A stretch of DNA of 64,000 bases from a virus (taxonomy: Duplodnaviria; Caudoviricetes). The DNA is taken from IMG/VR virus record IMGVR_UViG_3300035522_000179, positions 96,001-160,000 of that record. One strand, written 5' to 3'. Position 1 is the first letter of the stretch. Every line of letters starts with the position of its first letter. Positions 9,744 to 19,835 of the stretch are shown in pieces. The position numbers and the translations under genes were made by a program. The notes beneath the pieces are model-generated. The model had not been told where the DNA came from, did no database searches, and saw nothing but the letters and a program-made list of their open reading frames with translations.

Positions 9744-10748
9744 ATGATTGGATATGATTTTTTCAAAGAAGCATCCAACATCTTAGCAGAATCCGATGAC
9801 TCTGTGAGATTACAGGATGTAAGAGCGGTTCTGGAAGATACCCAATCTCCCGTAACCAATAAGTATATTGAAAATCTGTATGAACAGATTGTGAAAAAAT
9901 CCCATGTAGACTTCGATAATATTCCCCAGTCCAAAGGAAAGATTACCAGCTACCGTGGGTATGCAACTATGATGGAGACTTTAAATACCTTAAAGACTTT
10001 ATCAAGTGAAGAGAGAAATTCCGATGCGGATGGATCCATTGATACTATCCTTACTGCAATTGGTAACATCAAAAATCTGTCTGATCTTTATGAAGAAGGA
10101 TATCGACAGAAAAATGAATATGTGATGTTAGAGTACAACACCTTTGTATTTTGTTGTGTGGAAGCAACCACTGCAGTACTGTCGGAATACGTAGAGTTTA
10201 TCAAAGGGTTTGACTTAGAGGGATTTAAGTTAAAACTAAAGAATAGCAAATATAAAGCAAACGCTTTGTATATCGATAACTTAAAGAAATTCAATAATAT
10301 CGTAGCAAGTTCCAATTATCGTACTTATCTTTCTTCGATGTTAAATACGGAGAGAGATAATTTCATTGGTGCTACCACCGTTGGAATCGCTACGGTTGCA
10401 GCAACGGTTGTAGTTGCAATCGTTCCCGTTACCAGAGAACTGATTTATCAGTTTTATCGACTTAGAAGTAAATTGTCGGACGCTCTTATGTTACAGGCAT
10501 ACTTCTTGGAATTGAATAAAGCTTGTGTAGAAGCAAATAAAGAATTTTCTACGGAGAAGAAATCAAAAATCTTGAAAAAACAAGAGTATACAAGAGCATT
10601 GTTTATCCGTCTCGCAGATAAGATCAAAGTAGCGAATGCTCATGCGGAGAGAGATTCTGCATCGGATCGAAAGAAAGACAATGCAACCCTTACCCTTGGA
10701 GATACAAGACATGATGTGGATTCCTCCTCGTATGATGTTCTTTTATAA
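9744..10748 (+). CDS. putative virion protein with a hydrophobic segment, 334 aa
   Basis: N-terminal KEAS..LAES; hydrophobic IGATTVGIATVAATVVVAIVPV. Confidence 0.7.
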   Translation: MIGYDFFKEASNILAESDDSVRLQDVRAVLEDTQSPVTNKYIENLYEQIVKKSHVDFDNIPQSKGKITSYRGYATMMETLNTLKTLSSEERNSDADGSIDTILTAIGNIKNLSDLYEEGYRQKNEYVMLEYNTFVFCCVEATTAVLSEYVEFIKGFDLEGFKLKLKNSKYKANALYIDNLKKFNNIVASSNYRTYLSSMLNTERDNFIGATTVGIATVAATVVVAIVPVTRELIYQFYRLRSKLSDALMLQAYFLELNKACVEANKEFSTEKKSKILKKQEYTRALFIRLADKIKVANAHAERDSASDRKKDNATLTLGDTRHDVDSSSYDVLL

Positions 10749-10760
10749 GGAGGTGCCAAG

Positions 10761-11459
10761 ATGATAGAAGCCGTAAATTTGGCAATTGTAAGTGATTTAT
10801 ATACACGGTTTGAAGATATCAAAAACGGTGCATTAGCGTTTGGAACTGCAAATCAGGATCCGGAAAGTGAGTTTAATTACGAAACCGATTTGCATGACTT
10901 TTTGGAATATGTAAAAGACAGTATCAAAAATTTCTTTTATTTGGATCAGGGTGGAAAGAGCATCAAAGATATGGCAGACTTCATTGGAACAAATCCAAAC
11001 AAAGAAGTATCTGTAGTAAACTTTGAATATGCCCTTACCCAGTATTCGGAATATTTAAAAGGAATGAATACTTACATTGGAAAAGCAAAAGAAAATGGAA
11101 CGCTTTCTGAGGAAGCAAAAGCACAACTCGATGAGGTAATCGGTAAGGATGAAAAATTCATAAGATCTTTGTTTGACATTGATGTTTGTAGTGAAAATTC
11201 ACCGGAAAAAATTACTGCAAGAGAGGCATTTGGACTTCCTGCGTTATTGCTTGAGATTAAAAATACTTACATCCCTTCTTGGGAAGAAGTAAATCTTACA
11301 CAGACAGATATTGATAAGCTGATCTTTTTATCTATCATTAGAGTTGCTTATTATTCCACCACTGGAATTATGAAATCCATCGATAGTGTAACAAGTCAGC
11401 TTAACCAAAACGAGACTTCTCCTGAAGTGGAAGAAGATAGAAGCTACGGAGTATTTTAA
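10761..11459 (+). CDS. hypothetical protein (232 aa), late operon
   Basis: AGGAGGT RBS; co-oriented within operon. Confidence 0.75.
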   Translation: MIEAVNLAIVSDLYTRFEDIKNGALAFGTANQDPESEFNYETDLHDFLEYVKDSIKNFFYLDQGGKSIKDMADFIGTNPNKEVSVVNFEYALTQYSEYLKGMNTYIGKAKENGTLSEEAKAQLDEVIGKDEKFIRSLFDIDVCSENSPEKITAREAFGLPALLLEIKNTYIPSWEEVNLTQTDIDKLIFLSIIRVAYYSTTGIMKSIDSVTSQLNQNETSPEVEEDRSYGVF

Positions 11460-11477
11460 AAAGGAGGTAGCAGATTC

Positions 11478-12473
11478 ATGGATTCCACACTTTTTATCGA
11501 AAGTATCGATTTTGAATATAGACAGATCAAAATGGAATCTGATGCAGAATGGAAATATTTAATGGATCGATTTGAAGCAATTCAAAATGAAGATCCTTAT
11601 ATGTTTGAAGCAAAGAATGATGAAAAGAAATCCGGCGGATTAGTTGGAGTCATCGGAAGTATGATTCAAGGAATTATTAAATTTCTTGGAAGCATCGGGA
11701 CGAAGATTAAAAATCTTCTTCTTGGTGAGAAAACAGACGAAAAAGGAAAAGAGAATGAACAGGTAAAATTGGATAAAGATCCAAATATGCTCATTAAGTT
11801 TATCAACGGTGATATCAAATCATCGAAAGATATGCTTGCAAAGTGTCAGCGTGGTGAGGTTCCTCTGGATGAAGTCAAAGGATTTATCACAAAGCAGAAC
11901 ATGAATTTTGATGCATTGAAAGGAACTGTTTTAACTCTTGGTGGACTTTTCGTTTCCATGGGGATCATGGATAAATCCATTGCAAAATGGAAAGCAGAAG
12001 CAGAAGAACTTTATAATTCAACAAAAGCAGATGGATCCAACCAGATTGCTCACAAAGCTTCTATGCATATGACCGCAGAAGGACAGCAAGCCGCAATTGA
12101 TGAAGGAACCAAGCTTTTAGTAAATCATATTCGCGATACCACTGCAAAGGGACCTAAAAAAGCAATTGAGATGGCGAAAATTCTTTATCAAAGAAACTAT
12201 TTACGTCAGCGAAGCGAAGAAGACCTTCAAGCTTATCGCGATCCGAAAATGGCGAGAACGTTAAAGAAGAGAGAAAAAGAGCAACTCAAAAACCAGAAGA
12301 AGATGAAGAGACAAGAAGAGAAATTTGTTGGTAAAGATGGTAAGGGCGGAACTCGTGAGAAAACAAAGAACAAACAAAACGAGAGAATGCAGAAAATCGA
12401 TAAAGCAACGAACGAACTTCGAGAAACTCAGAACAAGGGTTACGTTGACTCGAATCAATATGTAAATAAATAA
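11478..12473 (+). CDS. putative internal head protein (paralog family)
   Basis: Acidic pro-region ending MFEA, then amphipathic GLVGVIGSMIQGIIKFLGSIGTKIKNLL. Confidence 0.6.
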   Translation: MDSTLFIESIDFEYRQIKMESDAEWKYLMDRFEAIQNEDPYMFEAKNDEKKSGGLVGVIGSMIQGIIKFLGSIGTKIKNLLLGEKTDEKGKENEQVKLDKDPNMLIKFINGDIKSSKDMLAKCQRGEVPLDEVKGFITKQNMNFDALKGTVLTLGGLFVSMGIMDKSIAKWKAEAEELYNSTKADGSNQIAHKASMHMTAEGQQAAIDEGTKLLVNHIRDTTAKGPKKAIEMAKILYQRNYLRQRSEEDLQAYRDPKMARTLKKREKEQLKNQKKMKRQEEKFVGKDGKGGTREKTKNKQNERMQKIDKATNELRETQNKGYVDSNQYVNK

Positions 12474-12491
12474 TAAGTGAGGTAAAAAAGA

Positions 12492-14153
12492 ATGGTAAAC
12501 GTATTTGCAATGAGCGACGTTGGTCGCGAAATAGCAATTGCTGAAAAGCAATACGATATCGCTGCAAAAGAAATTGCTTTTTTGGAAGCTATGTCCGATT
12601 CCAAATTGCAGATCAATATTGCAAAAAGCGAATTGAAAGTTATGATGGAATCTACAGAAGACCGTATGGTTTCTGATTTTGTCTATCTTGTAAAAGAAGC
12701 ATCTAATGATAATAAGCAGGGTGATGAAAGTCTGATTCAGAGAATCGGAAGAACAATTCATGAGCTCTTTACAAAAGTATGGAATGCAATCCAGAAGATT
12801 TTTACTGGAAAAAATACAGAAGCTTATAACAAGCTGAAACAGAGTAAAGACCAGATAGAGTTAGGATTCAATCTACAAACTCTGGAAAAAGCAATAAATG
12901 AAATATCTGAAGGTGTCAAGCAACCTGCTTCTTGGCTTGCTGCAAATGGAACAAAACTTATTGGTCTTGTAACTGGAACTGGAATTGTAGCAGTTGCTAT
13001 TGACGTTTTACACAAACCTGAAAGAGCAAAAGAGAGAATAACATATGCGAAAAGTTATGTTCTCGAGACATTCGAAAAAATAAAAGAAAAAATTCCGTTT
13101 ATCAACAAAAAATCGGAAGAGATGGAGAAAAACCCTCCTGCAACAGATGAAAACTCCAAGGAAGGTGCAAGCATTTTCCAGAAAATTACTGCTCCAATTG
13201 CTAGTGTTGTGGGATCACTCGGAAATCTGATCGACTCTTGGGTCAAGAAACTTACCGGAAAAGGATCTGATGAAGAAGGTGCTAAGCCGGATGAAAATCA
13301 GGGAAACGGTGATGGAAATGGTCCCACTACTGGAAATAATGGACAGAATGGTAATAATGGTAATACCGGTAACAATGGACAGAATGGTAATAATGGTAAT
13401 ACCGGCAACAACGGGCAGAACGGGCAGAACGGGCAGAACGGAAAAAACGGCAATAACGGCAATAACGGGAAAAATGTTCAGAATAATGGAAAGAATGGAG
13501 AAAATCCTGGAAATGAAAAAGAGTTTGCTCAAATTCGAAAGAACGGGTTGGAACCCAAAGTATTTAACGGAATAACTTATGCAGTTGATAAGACTACTGG
13601 TAAAGTTACCTTTAAAGACAAAGATGGTCAGTGGAAAGATTCAAGACCTGATAAGACTCCTGATCCAATCAAGGGATTCCAAAAAGGAGTTATGGGCGAT
13701 GTGGCAAAGCAGAGAGATGCAGAAAATGAAGCTAAGAACGCCGGTAAACCCGAGGACACGCTTTGGACGAATAGTAAAGGACAAAGCGTAATGTACAGTG
13801 CAAAGAAAGGAAAGCTTGTTGTAAGGACCAAAAACAAGAAAGGTGAAGTAACACAACAAGAAGAACGTCCTGTAAGTGAGATTGGTAGTTTCTTTAAGGC
13901 ACGTAAAGATAAAGAAAAATGGAAACAGATTCAGGATTGGGCAAAGACCAATAATGTTAATCTAAACGAGAGTGTTGAATTGAATGAGTATGGATATCCA
14001 GATGCAAATTCATTAGCATCTTTCCTGGAATCATGTGGTATCGAATCTAAGGTAATTGGTAATATAGCTTTCTTTAGAGAGTCTGACGAGTTTGATGTTA
14101 TGGCAGAGCTTCAGGCATTAAGAGAGGCTGGATTTGATGTGATACTTGTTTAA
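12492..14153 (+). CDS. putative internal head protein with Gly/Asn repeat linker
   Basis: Pro-region ending VKEA, then SLIQRIGRTIHELFTKVWNAIQKIF; GNN/GQN repeats. Confidence 0.6.
   Translation: MVNVFAMSDVGREIAIAEKQYDIAAKEIAFLEAMSDSKLQINIAKSELKVMMESTEDRMVSDFVYLVKEASNDNKQGDESLIQRIGRTIHELFTKVWNAIQKIFTGKNTEAYNKLKQSKDQIELGFNLQTLEKAINEISEGVKQPASWLAANGTKLIGLVTGTGIVAVAIDVLHKPERAKERITYAKSYVLETFEKIKEKIPFINKKSEEMEKNPPATDENSKEGASIFQKITAPIASVVGSLGNLIDSWVKKLTGKGSDEEGAKPDENQGNGDGNGPTTGNNGQNGNNGNTGNNGQNGNNGNTGNNGQNGQNGQNGKNGNNGNNGKNVQNNGKNGENPGNEKEFAQIRKNGLEPKVFNGITYAVDKTTGKVTFKDKDGQWKDSRPDKTPDPIKGFQKGVMGDVAKQRDAENEAKNAGKPEDTLWTNSKGQSVMYSAKKGKLVVRTKNKKGEVTQQEERPVSEIGSFFKARKDKEKWKQIQDWAKTNNVNLNESVELNEYGYPDANSLASFLESCGIESKVIGNIAFFRESDEFDVMAELQALREAGFDVILV
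13332..13512 (+). repeat. intragenic tandem repeats encoding (G-N/Q/K-N)n
   Basis: 36-nt-period duplication AATGGACAGAATGGTAATAATGGTAATACCGG at 13338 and 13374; AACGGGCAG x3 at about 13410. Confidence 0.9.
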
Positions 14154-14252
14154 TTAAATCCTTTTAAGATAGAACTTGAGGAGGGAATCCTAAATGGATC
14201 TAACTCTTCAAGTTCTTCTTAATTTGAATTTTGAATAAAGGAGAAATTTCAT

Positions 14253-15227
14253 ATGGAAACGAATGTATTTCAGGCAGATATGGATTTCTTTTTGGAAAAT
14301 AGAAATCAGATAGATATTATCAAAGAATGCACGAAGGAAGTAAATCGAATCGATGTAATCTATTGTTTCGAAGCCGGAGGGAAGAAAGAAGAAAAAGAAG
14401 GATTTATTATGAGAGCGATTAACACTATTAAATCCATTATTGAAACCGCATTTCAAATGATTAAGAAAGCCCTCGGAACAATCGATAACAAAATTCGATA
14501 TGGACTCCTTAGTAAAAAGAAAAAAGAAGAGTTTAATAAATTTCAAGAATATGTGAAAAACAATCCGAATGTAAAAAACAAACAGATCAAAGTAAAAGAC
14601 TGGAATCGGATTAATCGAGAATATGATAATGTGGAAAAGAAATTGGTTGCAATGATGAACGATGATTCCGTAGATGCCAACGGGTATAATGCAAAGTCGT
14701 TGGATTTGTTTAATAACCTTGCAGCATTAACAAACACTGCAACTGCATCTATCTCAGTAGATATGGCGATGGTACTTGCAAGAAAATCACCAGAGATGGC
14801 AAAAAAAGTAGAGTTGAGTTTACAGCATTCCCAAGCGGCTCTTCAGAACATTCAAAACACTTTGGGTGAGAAAGAAGTTATGAAATTACAAAATAAAGTT
14901 CATAAGTTGACCAAAGAAACAATGGCTCAAAAAATCATGGCAAAGTTTTATGTTCGGAAAGAGGAATCCATTAGTGATTGCTTGCATGAGATGTATGACA
15001 GCTTCGGCAAGTTGATGGGTACTGGAACGAAAACTGAACAAATAAAAGCTGGTATTGAACATCGGGATTTGATTCGTAATGGTGCAAAGAAGTGGGTTAC
15101 CAATAAAGATGTACGAAAAGGAATAAATCAAGCTTGGACACTGAAGAATAAAATTGGTGAGGAACTTAACACTCCTGGTACCCTCGCAAATACTGCAAAA
15201 GAATTCATTAACCCTAGTACACATTAA
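14253..15227 (+). CDS. putative internal head protein (paralog family)
   Basis: CFEA, then GFIMRAINTIKSIIETAFQMIKKAL. Confidence 0.6.
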   Translation: METNVFQADMDFFLENRNQIDIIKECTKEVNRIDVIYCFEAGGKKEEKEGFIMRAINTIKSIIETAFQMIKKALGTIDNKIRYGLLSKKKKEEFNKFQEYVKNNPNVKNKQIKVKDWNRINREYDNVEKKLVAMMNDDSVDANGYNAKSLDLFNNLAALTNTATASISVDMAMVLARKSPEMAKKVELSLQHSQAALQNIQNTLGEKEVMKLQNKVHKLTKETMAQKIMAKFYVRKEESISDCLHEMYDSFGKLMGTGTKTEQIKAGIEHRDLIRNGAKKWVTNKDVRKGINQAWTLKNKIGEELNTPGTLANTAKEFINPSTH

Positions 15228-15249
15228 TTAGACTTAAAAATAAGGGGAA

Positions 15250-15261
15250 AACAATTTCCTA
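15250..15261 (+). promoter_or_regulatory. late-type promoter AACA-N6-TA
   Basis: AACAATTTCCTA in the intergenic gap. Confidence 0.6.
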
Positions 15262-15277
15262 AAAACGGTATGGAAAG

Positions 15278-16288
15278 GTGGTTAATAGTAGAATGATTTC
15301 AACCAATTATTTGCATGAATATGCCCCATTTGACCAGTTCATGTATGAGTCTTACTATCTTCTACTTGATATGAAGGATGCAGAAAACCAATTGATCGCA
15401 TTAGAGTCTACCATTCAGGAAAAGATTTTCTTTGGAGAGAGAGTAGACGGAGAAACATTGGTGTTAGAATCCGAGAAACAAAATATATTCGCAAGAATTG
15501 GAGAAGCGGTAATTTCTCTGTTCGAATCTTTTGTGGATTTCTTAAAGAAAGTTGGAAATACCATAAAAGAAAGTGTTGGAAACATAAGAAAGAAAACTTC
15601 TTCTGATAAAATAAAAGAAGCAATGAACAAAAACCCCGAGTTAGCAGATCAATTCTTACAAGGGGTGATGAGTGGAAAAGTGAATGCTCATACGGTAAAA
15701 GATCTGGATGAGCTTTTAGATGAAGCAACGAAAATATCAAATGAGCTTGCTACAGGAAAGATTGATAAAAAAGATCATGCTAAGAAGATTGATGAAGCAT
15801 TAGAGAAATTTGGTAACAGAGCAAGAAATATTGCATCAATAGTCGGTCTCGTTGGAGCGGTTGGTGGCGCGGTTCAAGCAATCGATAAATTAGCATCTAG
15901 AAAAAGTGATAAGGAAAAAGAGAAACAGGAGTGGGAGTGGAAACAAAAGAACCAGAAAGCAAAGGAGAAAGAGAAATCTAAGTTTTATGCATCGGCTTCT
16001 GATATAGTGGATGGAGACTATGTTTCTGAGTCGGTTAATCCCATCAACGCTATCAAAAAGGTTGTGGATTACTTCTCTGATTATTTGGGATTTTGTGATA
16101 AGACCGTATCAAAAGTCAATAAGACAAAAGAAGATCTTGTTCGAAAAGTGCAGTCTTCCCAGAACGCAGATGATGCTTCGAATGTAAGTGCGATCACTTC
16201 TGGGTTTAATAAGGTTTTGTCAGCGATTTCCAAAGATGTAAATACCGTAAAGAATGCTTCCAAATCTTTAGAAGCAAAACTTGCATAA
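15278..16288 (+). CDS. putative internal head protein (paralog family)
   Basis: VLES, then NIFARIGEAVISLFESFVDFLKKV; later hydrophobic segment IASIVGLVGAVGGAV. Confidence 0.6.
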   Translation: MVNSRMISTNYLHEYAPFDQFMYESYYLLLDMKDAENQLIALESTIQEKIFFGERVDGETLVLESEKQNIFARIGEAVISLFESFVDFLKKVGNTIKESVGNIRKKTSSDKIKEAMNKNPELADQFLQGVMSGKVNAHTVKDLDELLDEATKISNELATGKIDKKDHAKKIDEALEKFGNRARNIASIVGLVGAVGGAVQAIDKLASRKSDKEKEKQEWEWKQKNQKAKEKEKSKFYASASDIVDGDYVSESVNPINAIKKVVDYFSDYLGFCDKTVSKVNKTKEDLVRKVQSSQNADDASNVSAITSGFNKVLSAISKDVNTVKNASKSLEAKLA

Positions 16289-16309
16289 TCATGAAAGGAG
16301 GAAATCACA

Positions 16310-19036
16310 ATGGACGTTTTAGATTATCAATATCGTATTATTACAGAATCTTCTGAGAATGTATTTAATTACGATAAGAATTGTGCAAGACTTCTTCGTG
16401 AAAAAGCAACGATTGACACGGTAGAAGACAAAGGAATTGTTCCTGTAATTCCAATTACAACCGAAGGGTATATGAAAAAGATTGATGACTCGTTTTCTTT
16501 GTTGGATAGTGTAACACTTGACAATGATAAGATTGCAGAGTTTTTCTCATCGATTCATCAATCCTCTATTTTTTCTGAGATTCCTTTGAATACTCCAGTG
16601 AGGGATATCAATGATATTGGAAGAATCAATCCAGAGTATTTGACTCAGTATGTAAAAGACATGGCAAATACCATCAATGATATCGTCAATGGAAAAGTAA
16701 CGATGCGGAATCTGATGAATTATTATTCGAAGTCTCCCGCAGTAAAGATTAAGAAACAAATCGTCATTCGAACTCCTGCAGCGCTATCTGGAACGAATGA
16801 TATCAAAGAGTACTTTAAATCACAACCGCAAGTAACCATCATTCAGATTGATGGTCAATCTCTTGATAACACTTGCATTCCATTTCTTCGTTCTTTCCCT
16901 ATAAAGAAAAAAGAAATGGCACAGGAAGTTGGATTGGTAAAGAATGCAATTACGGAATCTTCTAACTTGCTCAATAGTTACACAGATACCATTGTTGCAT
17001 TGAAGAACAAAGGGAAGTTAACACCCGATGTGGTAAATACCCTTAACTATTATCTCTACAACCAGAATCGCGTGGTAGAAGAGTTAATCACTTATACCAC
17101 ATTTATGTTGGTAACAAAGATTAATGCTTATACCTTCAACATCAATTCTTACAATGAACTTTATACCAAAGTAGTGAATTATGTTCCAGAAGGAGAGAGG
17201 GCATTTCATGAATCCGTATTTGAGTATTCCTTGGCATCTGCAGATATCAATGATATCACAAATGATTTGATTCATGGAAATGGAACGGCGATTATTGACT
17301 GGGCACAAAGAGTTTATGATTCCGTACTGAGCCAGTATAACTTCAATTCTGGTTCTTCTGCAGTTGAGTTTTTGGTGGATAAGTATACGGGATATGCAAA
17401 TCCTTATGGAGGGATTAGCAATTCCATTACAGAAATTTCGGAAGGATTAAAACAGATTCCTATGGTAATGAGAGATCGGTTTTCTTCTCCTGTTGAGATT
17501 ATGAAAAAGATTGGATTAGATAACCAGTTACTCGACAGGTTTAACGCGATCCTCAATACCATCACAGATATTTCCGAGTATCAAGACAATGATCCAAATG
17601 AGAAAACTCTCTTAGCTATTTTAGGAGAGTTGAAAGATGCTCCTGAGGCTTGTGAGAATTTAGCTTCTGTTATCGGAAATTGCTATGGGGCAATTGGAGA
17701 TCTTAAGAGATTCATTGATGCAAATATTTCTGATGAAACTCTGAACCCTGTCTCTATGAAAGAGATGAAGGAACTGTTGGAGAGTACGGAAAGAGATTAT
17801 TGTAATCTCGTAGGAATCATTGCTCAGAATGTGATTCAGCGATACAAAGCGCTTGAAAACTTAGCAACTTCTTTGACTCATGACTTACATGGATCAGAAG
17901 AGATCGACTGTACGGATATTGCTCCTACCATGAAACCTGATTACAACAAGACCGCTATGGAGTCTTGCATGGATATTCAGGATATTGTAAATATGTTCAT
18001 GATTGAGTCTGAGGTACTTAGATTCAAAGAGGATAAATATGCAAAAGAGTATGGAGTTCCTTTGTTTGAAGAGGTTACTAATAACTCTGGTGGTGATACA
18101 AACAATAATGGAGGTACCCAACAGGAAGAAAAGAAAACTCCTGATGTAACGGAAAATCCTTCGGAACAAACTGGAACGGATAAGAAGCAAAATGAAGATG
18201 CTGCTAATCAGGTGAATGCTCAAGATAATAAGAAGTTATCTGAAAGAATCAAAGATCTTTGTAAAGAACTTAGTAAAAAAGTAGAAGATTTCTTTTCAAA
18301 AGTAATTCCTGATTTTACGAAGTATATTTCCACAAAGCTTAGTGATAACAGTAAATTCTTGAATGAGAATAGAGATGCGATTGCCAACAGAAGCTTCACA
18401 GGAATCAACGTGAAAATCTACAATTACTTTGGATTACCTGCTGCTTCTATTCTTTCAGATATTCAGAAGGTTTCCAGTGGAATATCTTCTCTTACCGCGC
18501 AAGATCTCTCTAGTTTCAAAGATGAGAAAGCACTTCAAAAGAAGCTGTTTCCTTTTCTTACTCCGGCATCTGGGATGGAATTTGATGAGTATATGAAGAA
18601 TTACTACAAGGTTGGTCCGAACTCAAAAGCACCTGAAAAGGTTACTCTTTCTGGAGCTCAGTTGAAAACAAGAGTTCAGGAGATGATTACCTTCTGTGAT
18701 GATTGCTATACGAATAACGGTTATACTCAGATTTCTGATGCAATGGAAGCTCTTCGAAATGCAACGAAACAAAAGTTAAAAGCTTTTGAAAAAGAGCAGA
18801 ATATAAGTGATGATGCGAAGAAGAACCTGAGTCTCATATCAAGAGAAATTCAGGTATTCGCATCGGCAGCTTTGATGGGTTATAGAGATCGTGGAACTCA
18901 TTTCATGTTTACTCTTCGTAGACTTGTTCCTAAGAATGCGAATAAGGGAAAGTCAGATAAGGGTAATAATACCGAGACCGGACAAACGACTGATCAGGGA
19001 ACAACCGATCAGAACACAGAAACAGAAACCACTTAA
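16310..19036 (+). CDS. large putative virion/internal head protein (908 aa)
   Basis: AAGGAGG RBS; several xES sites; LSERIKDLCKELSKKVEDFFSKV helix after a low-complexity linker. Confidence 0.65.
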   Translation: MDVLDYQYRIITESSENVFNYDKNCARLLREKATIDTVEDKGIVPVIPITTEGYMKKIDDSFSLLDSVTLDNDKIAEFFSSIHQSSIFSEIPLNTPVRDINDIGRINPEYLTQYVKDMANTINDIVNGKVTMRNLMNYYSKSPAVKIKKQIVIRTPAALSGTNDIKEYFKSQPQVTIIQIDGQSLDNTCIPFLRSFPIKKKEMAQEVGLVKNAITESSNLLNSYTDTIVALKNKGKLTPDVVNTLNYYLYNQNRVVEELITYTTFMLVTKINAYTFNINSYNELYTKVVNYVPEGERAFHESVFEYSLASADINDITNDLIHGNGTAIIDWAQRVYDSVLSQYNFNSGSSAVEFLVDKYTGYANPYGGISNSITEISEGLKQIPMVMRDRFSSPVEIMKKIGLDNQLLDRFNAILNTITDISEYQDNDPNEKTLLAILGELKDAPEACENLASVIGNCYGAIGDLKRFIDANISDETLNPVSMKEMKELLESTERDYCNLVGIIAQNVIQRYKALENLATSLTHDLHGSEEIDCTDIAPTMKPDYNKTAMESCMDIQDIVNMFMIESEVLRFKEDKYAKEYGVPLFEEVTNNSGGDTNNNGGTQQEEKKTPDVTENPSEQTGTDKKQNEDAANQVNAQDNKKLSERIKDLCKELSKKVEDFFSKVIPDFTKYISTKLSDNSKFLNENRDAIANRSFTGINVKIYNYFGLPAASILSDIQKVSSGISSLTAQDLSSFKDEKALQKKLFPFLTPASGMEFDEYMKNYYKVGPNSKAPEKVTLSGAQLKTRVQEMITFCDDCYTNNGYTQISDAMEALRNATKQKLKAFEKEQNISDDAKKNLSLISREIQVFASAALMGYRDRGTHFMFTLRRLVPKNANKGKSDKGNNTETGQTTDQGTTDQNTETETT

Positions 19037-19039
19037 AAA

Positions 19040-19081
19040 TATAAATCCAAGATACTAAAAATAGTATCTTGGATTTATTTT
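19040..19081. terminator. bidirectional intrinsic terminator
   Basis: ATAAATCCAAGATACT-aaaaat-AGTATCTTGGATTTAT. Confidence 0.85.
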
Positions 19082-19736
19082 ATTTAACGATAATTTTACG
19101 ACCACTCTTGAAATACTCTGTCAATTCATCCACATGGCTTGCATCGACAATCTGATTGAAACTAACCGGAAAGCTATGAGAGTTTTTATTGGTTGTTTCA
19201 TGAATGAACAAAGTATACAAACCATAAAGTTCCATATACTTTGTGGGAAGAGCTTTCAATCGATCAATCATAGTCTTTTCTGTGATTCCTCTTCTGTCTG
19301 CTTCTGCTTTTACAAATCCTGAACCAATCACAATATCATCAGTTGTATCCAGATCCAAAACAGAAAGTATCGAAGAAACAAACTTAATATCTGCAAAAAA
19401 CTTATCATTGAACTTCTTTTCTACAATACGAACTCCAGTCCCTTTGTAATGCGCAAAGATCTGGTTTAACAAAGTCTCATTGTAATACTTCCCATCTGTA
19501 GGAACGTCAGTATTAAACGTGACTTTCTCATCACTTTTGATTGCGATGGTATCTTTCGTGATTTGACCTTCCGTTATGGTAACACTAACCGCATCTTCTA
19601 TTGGGATATCTAATTTTACAGGAGCACCGAAATTCGGATCAATTGACTTGTTAGACGTTGCTGATGGTTTACTTTCTGGTTTCTTTTTTGAACTAGCAAA
19701 TATATTCGTAAACGCATTAATCAGTGATTTAATCAT
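19080..19736 (-). CDS. hypothetical protein (218 aa)
   Basis: AAGGGGG RBS; early motif at 19757-19765. Confidence 0.75.
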   Translation of the reverse strand: MIKSLINAFTNIFASSKKKPESKPSATSNKSIDPNFGAPVKLDIPIEDAVSVTITEGQITKDTIAIKSDEKVTFNTDVPTDGKYYNETLLNQIFAHYKGTGVRIVEKKFNDKFFADIKFVSSILSVLDLDTTDDIVIGSGFVKAEADRRGITEKTMIDRLKALPTKYMELYGLYTLFIHETTNKNSHSFPVSFNQIVDASHVDELTEYFKSGRKIIVK

Positions 19737-19835
19737 TTTATTTCCCCCTTATTTAAAATAATATAAAAAAATTAAAGGGTTATAGAAACCCTTTAATTTT
19801 TTGTTAATAACATAATTAGTCAATCTGAGAATGAA

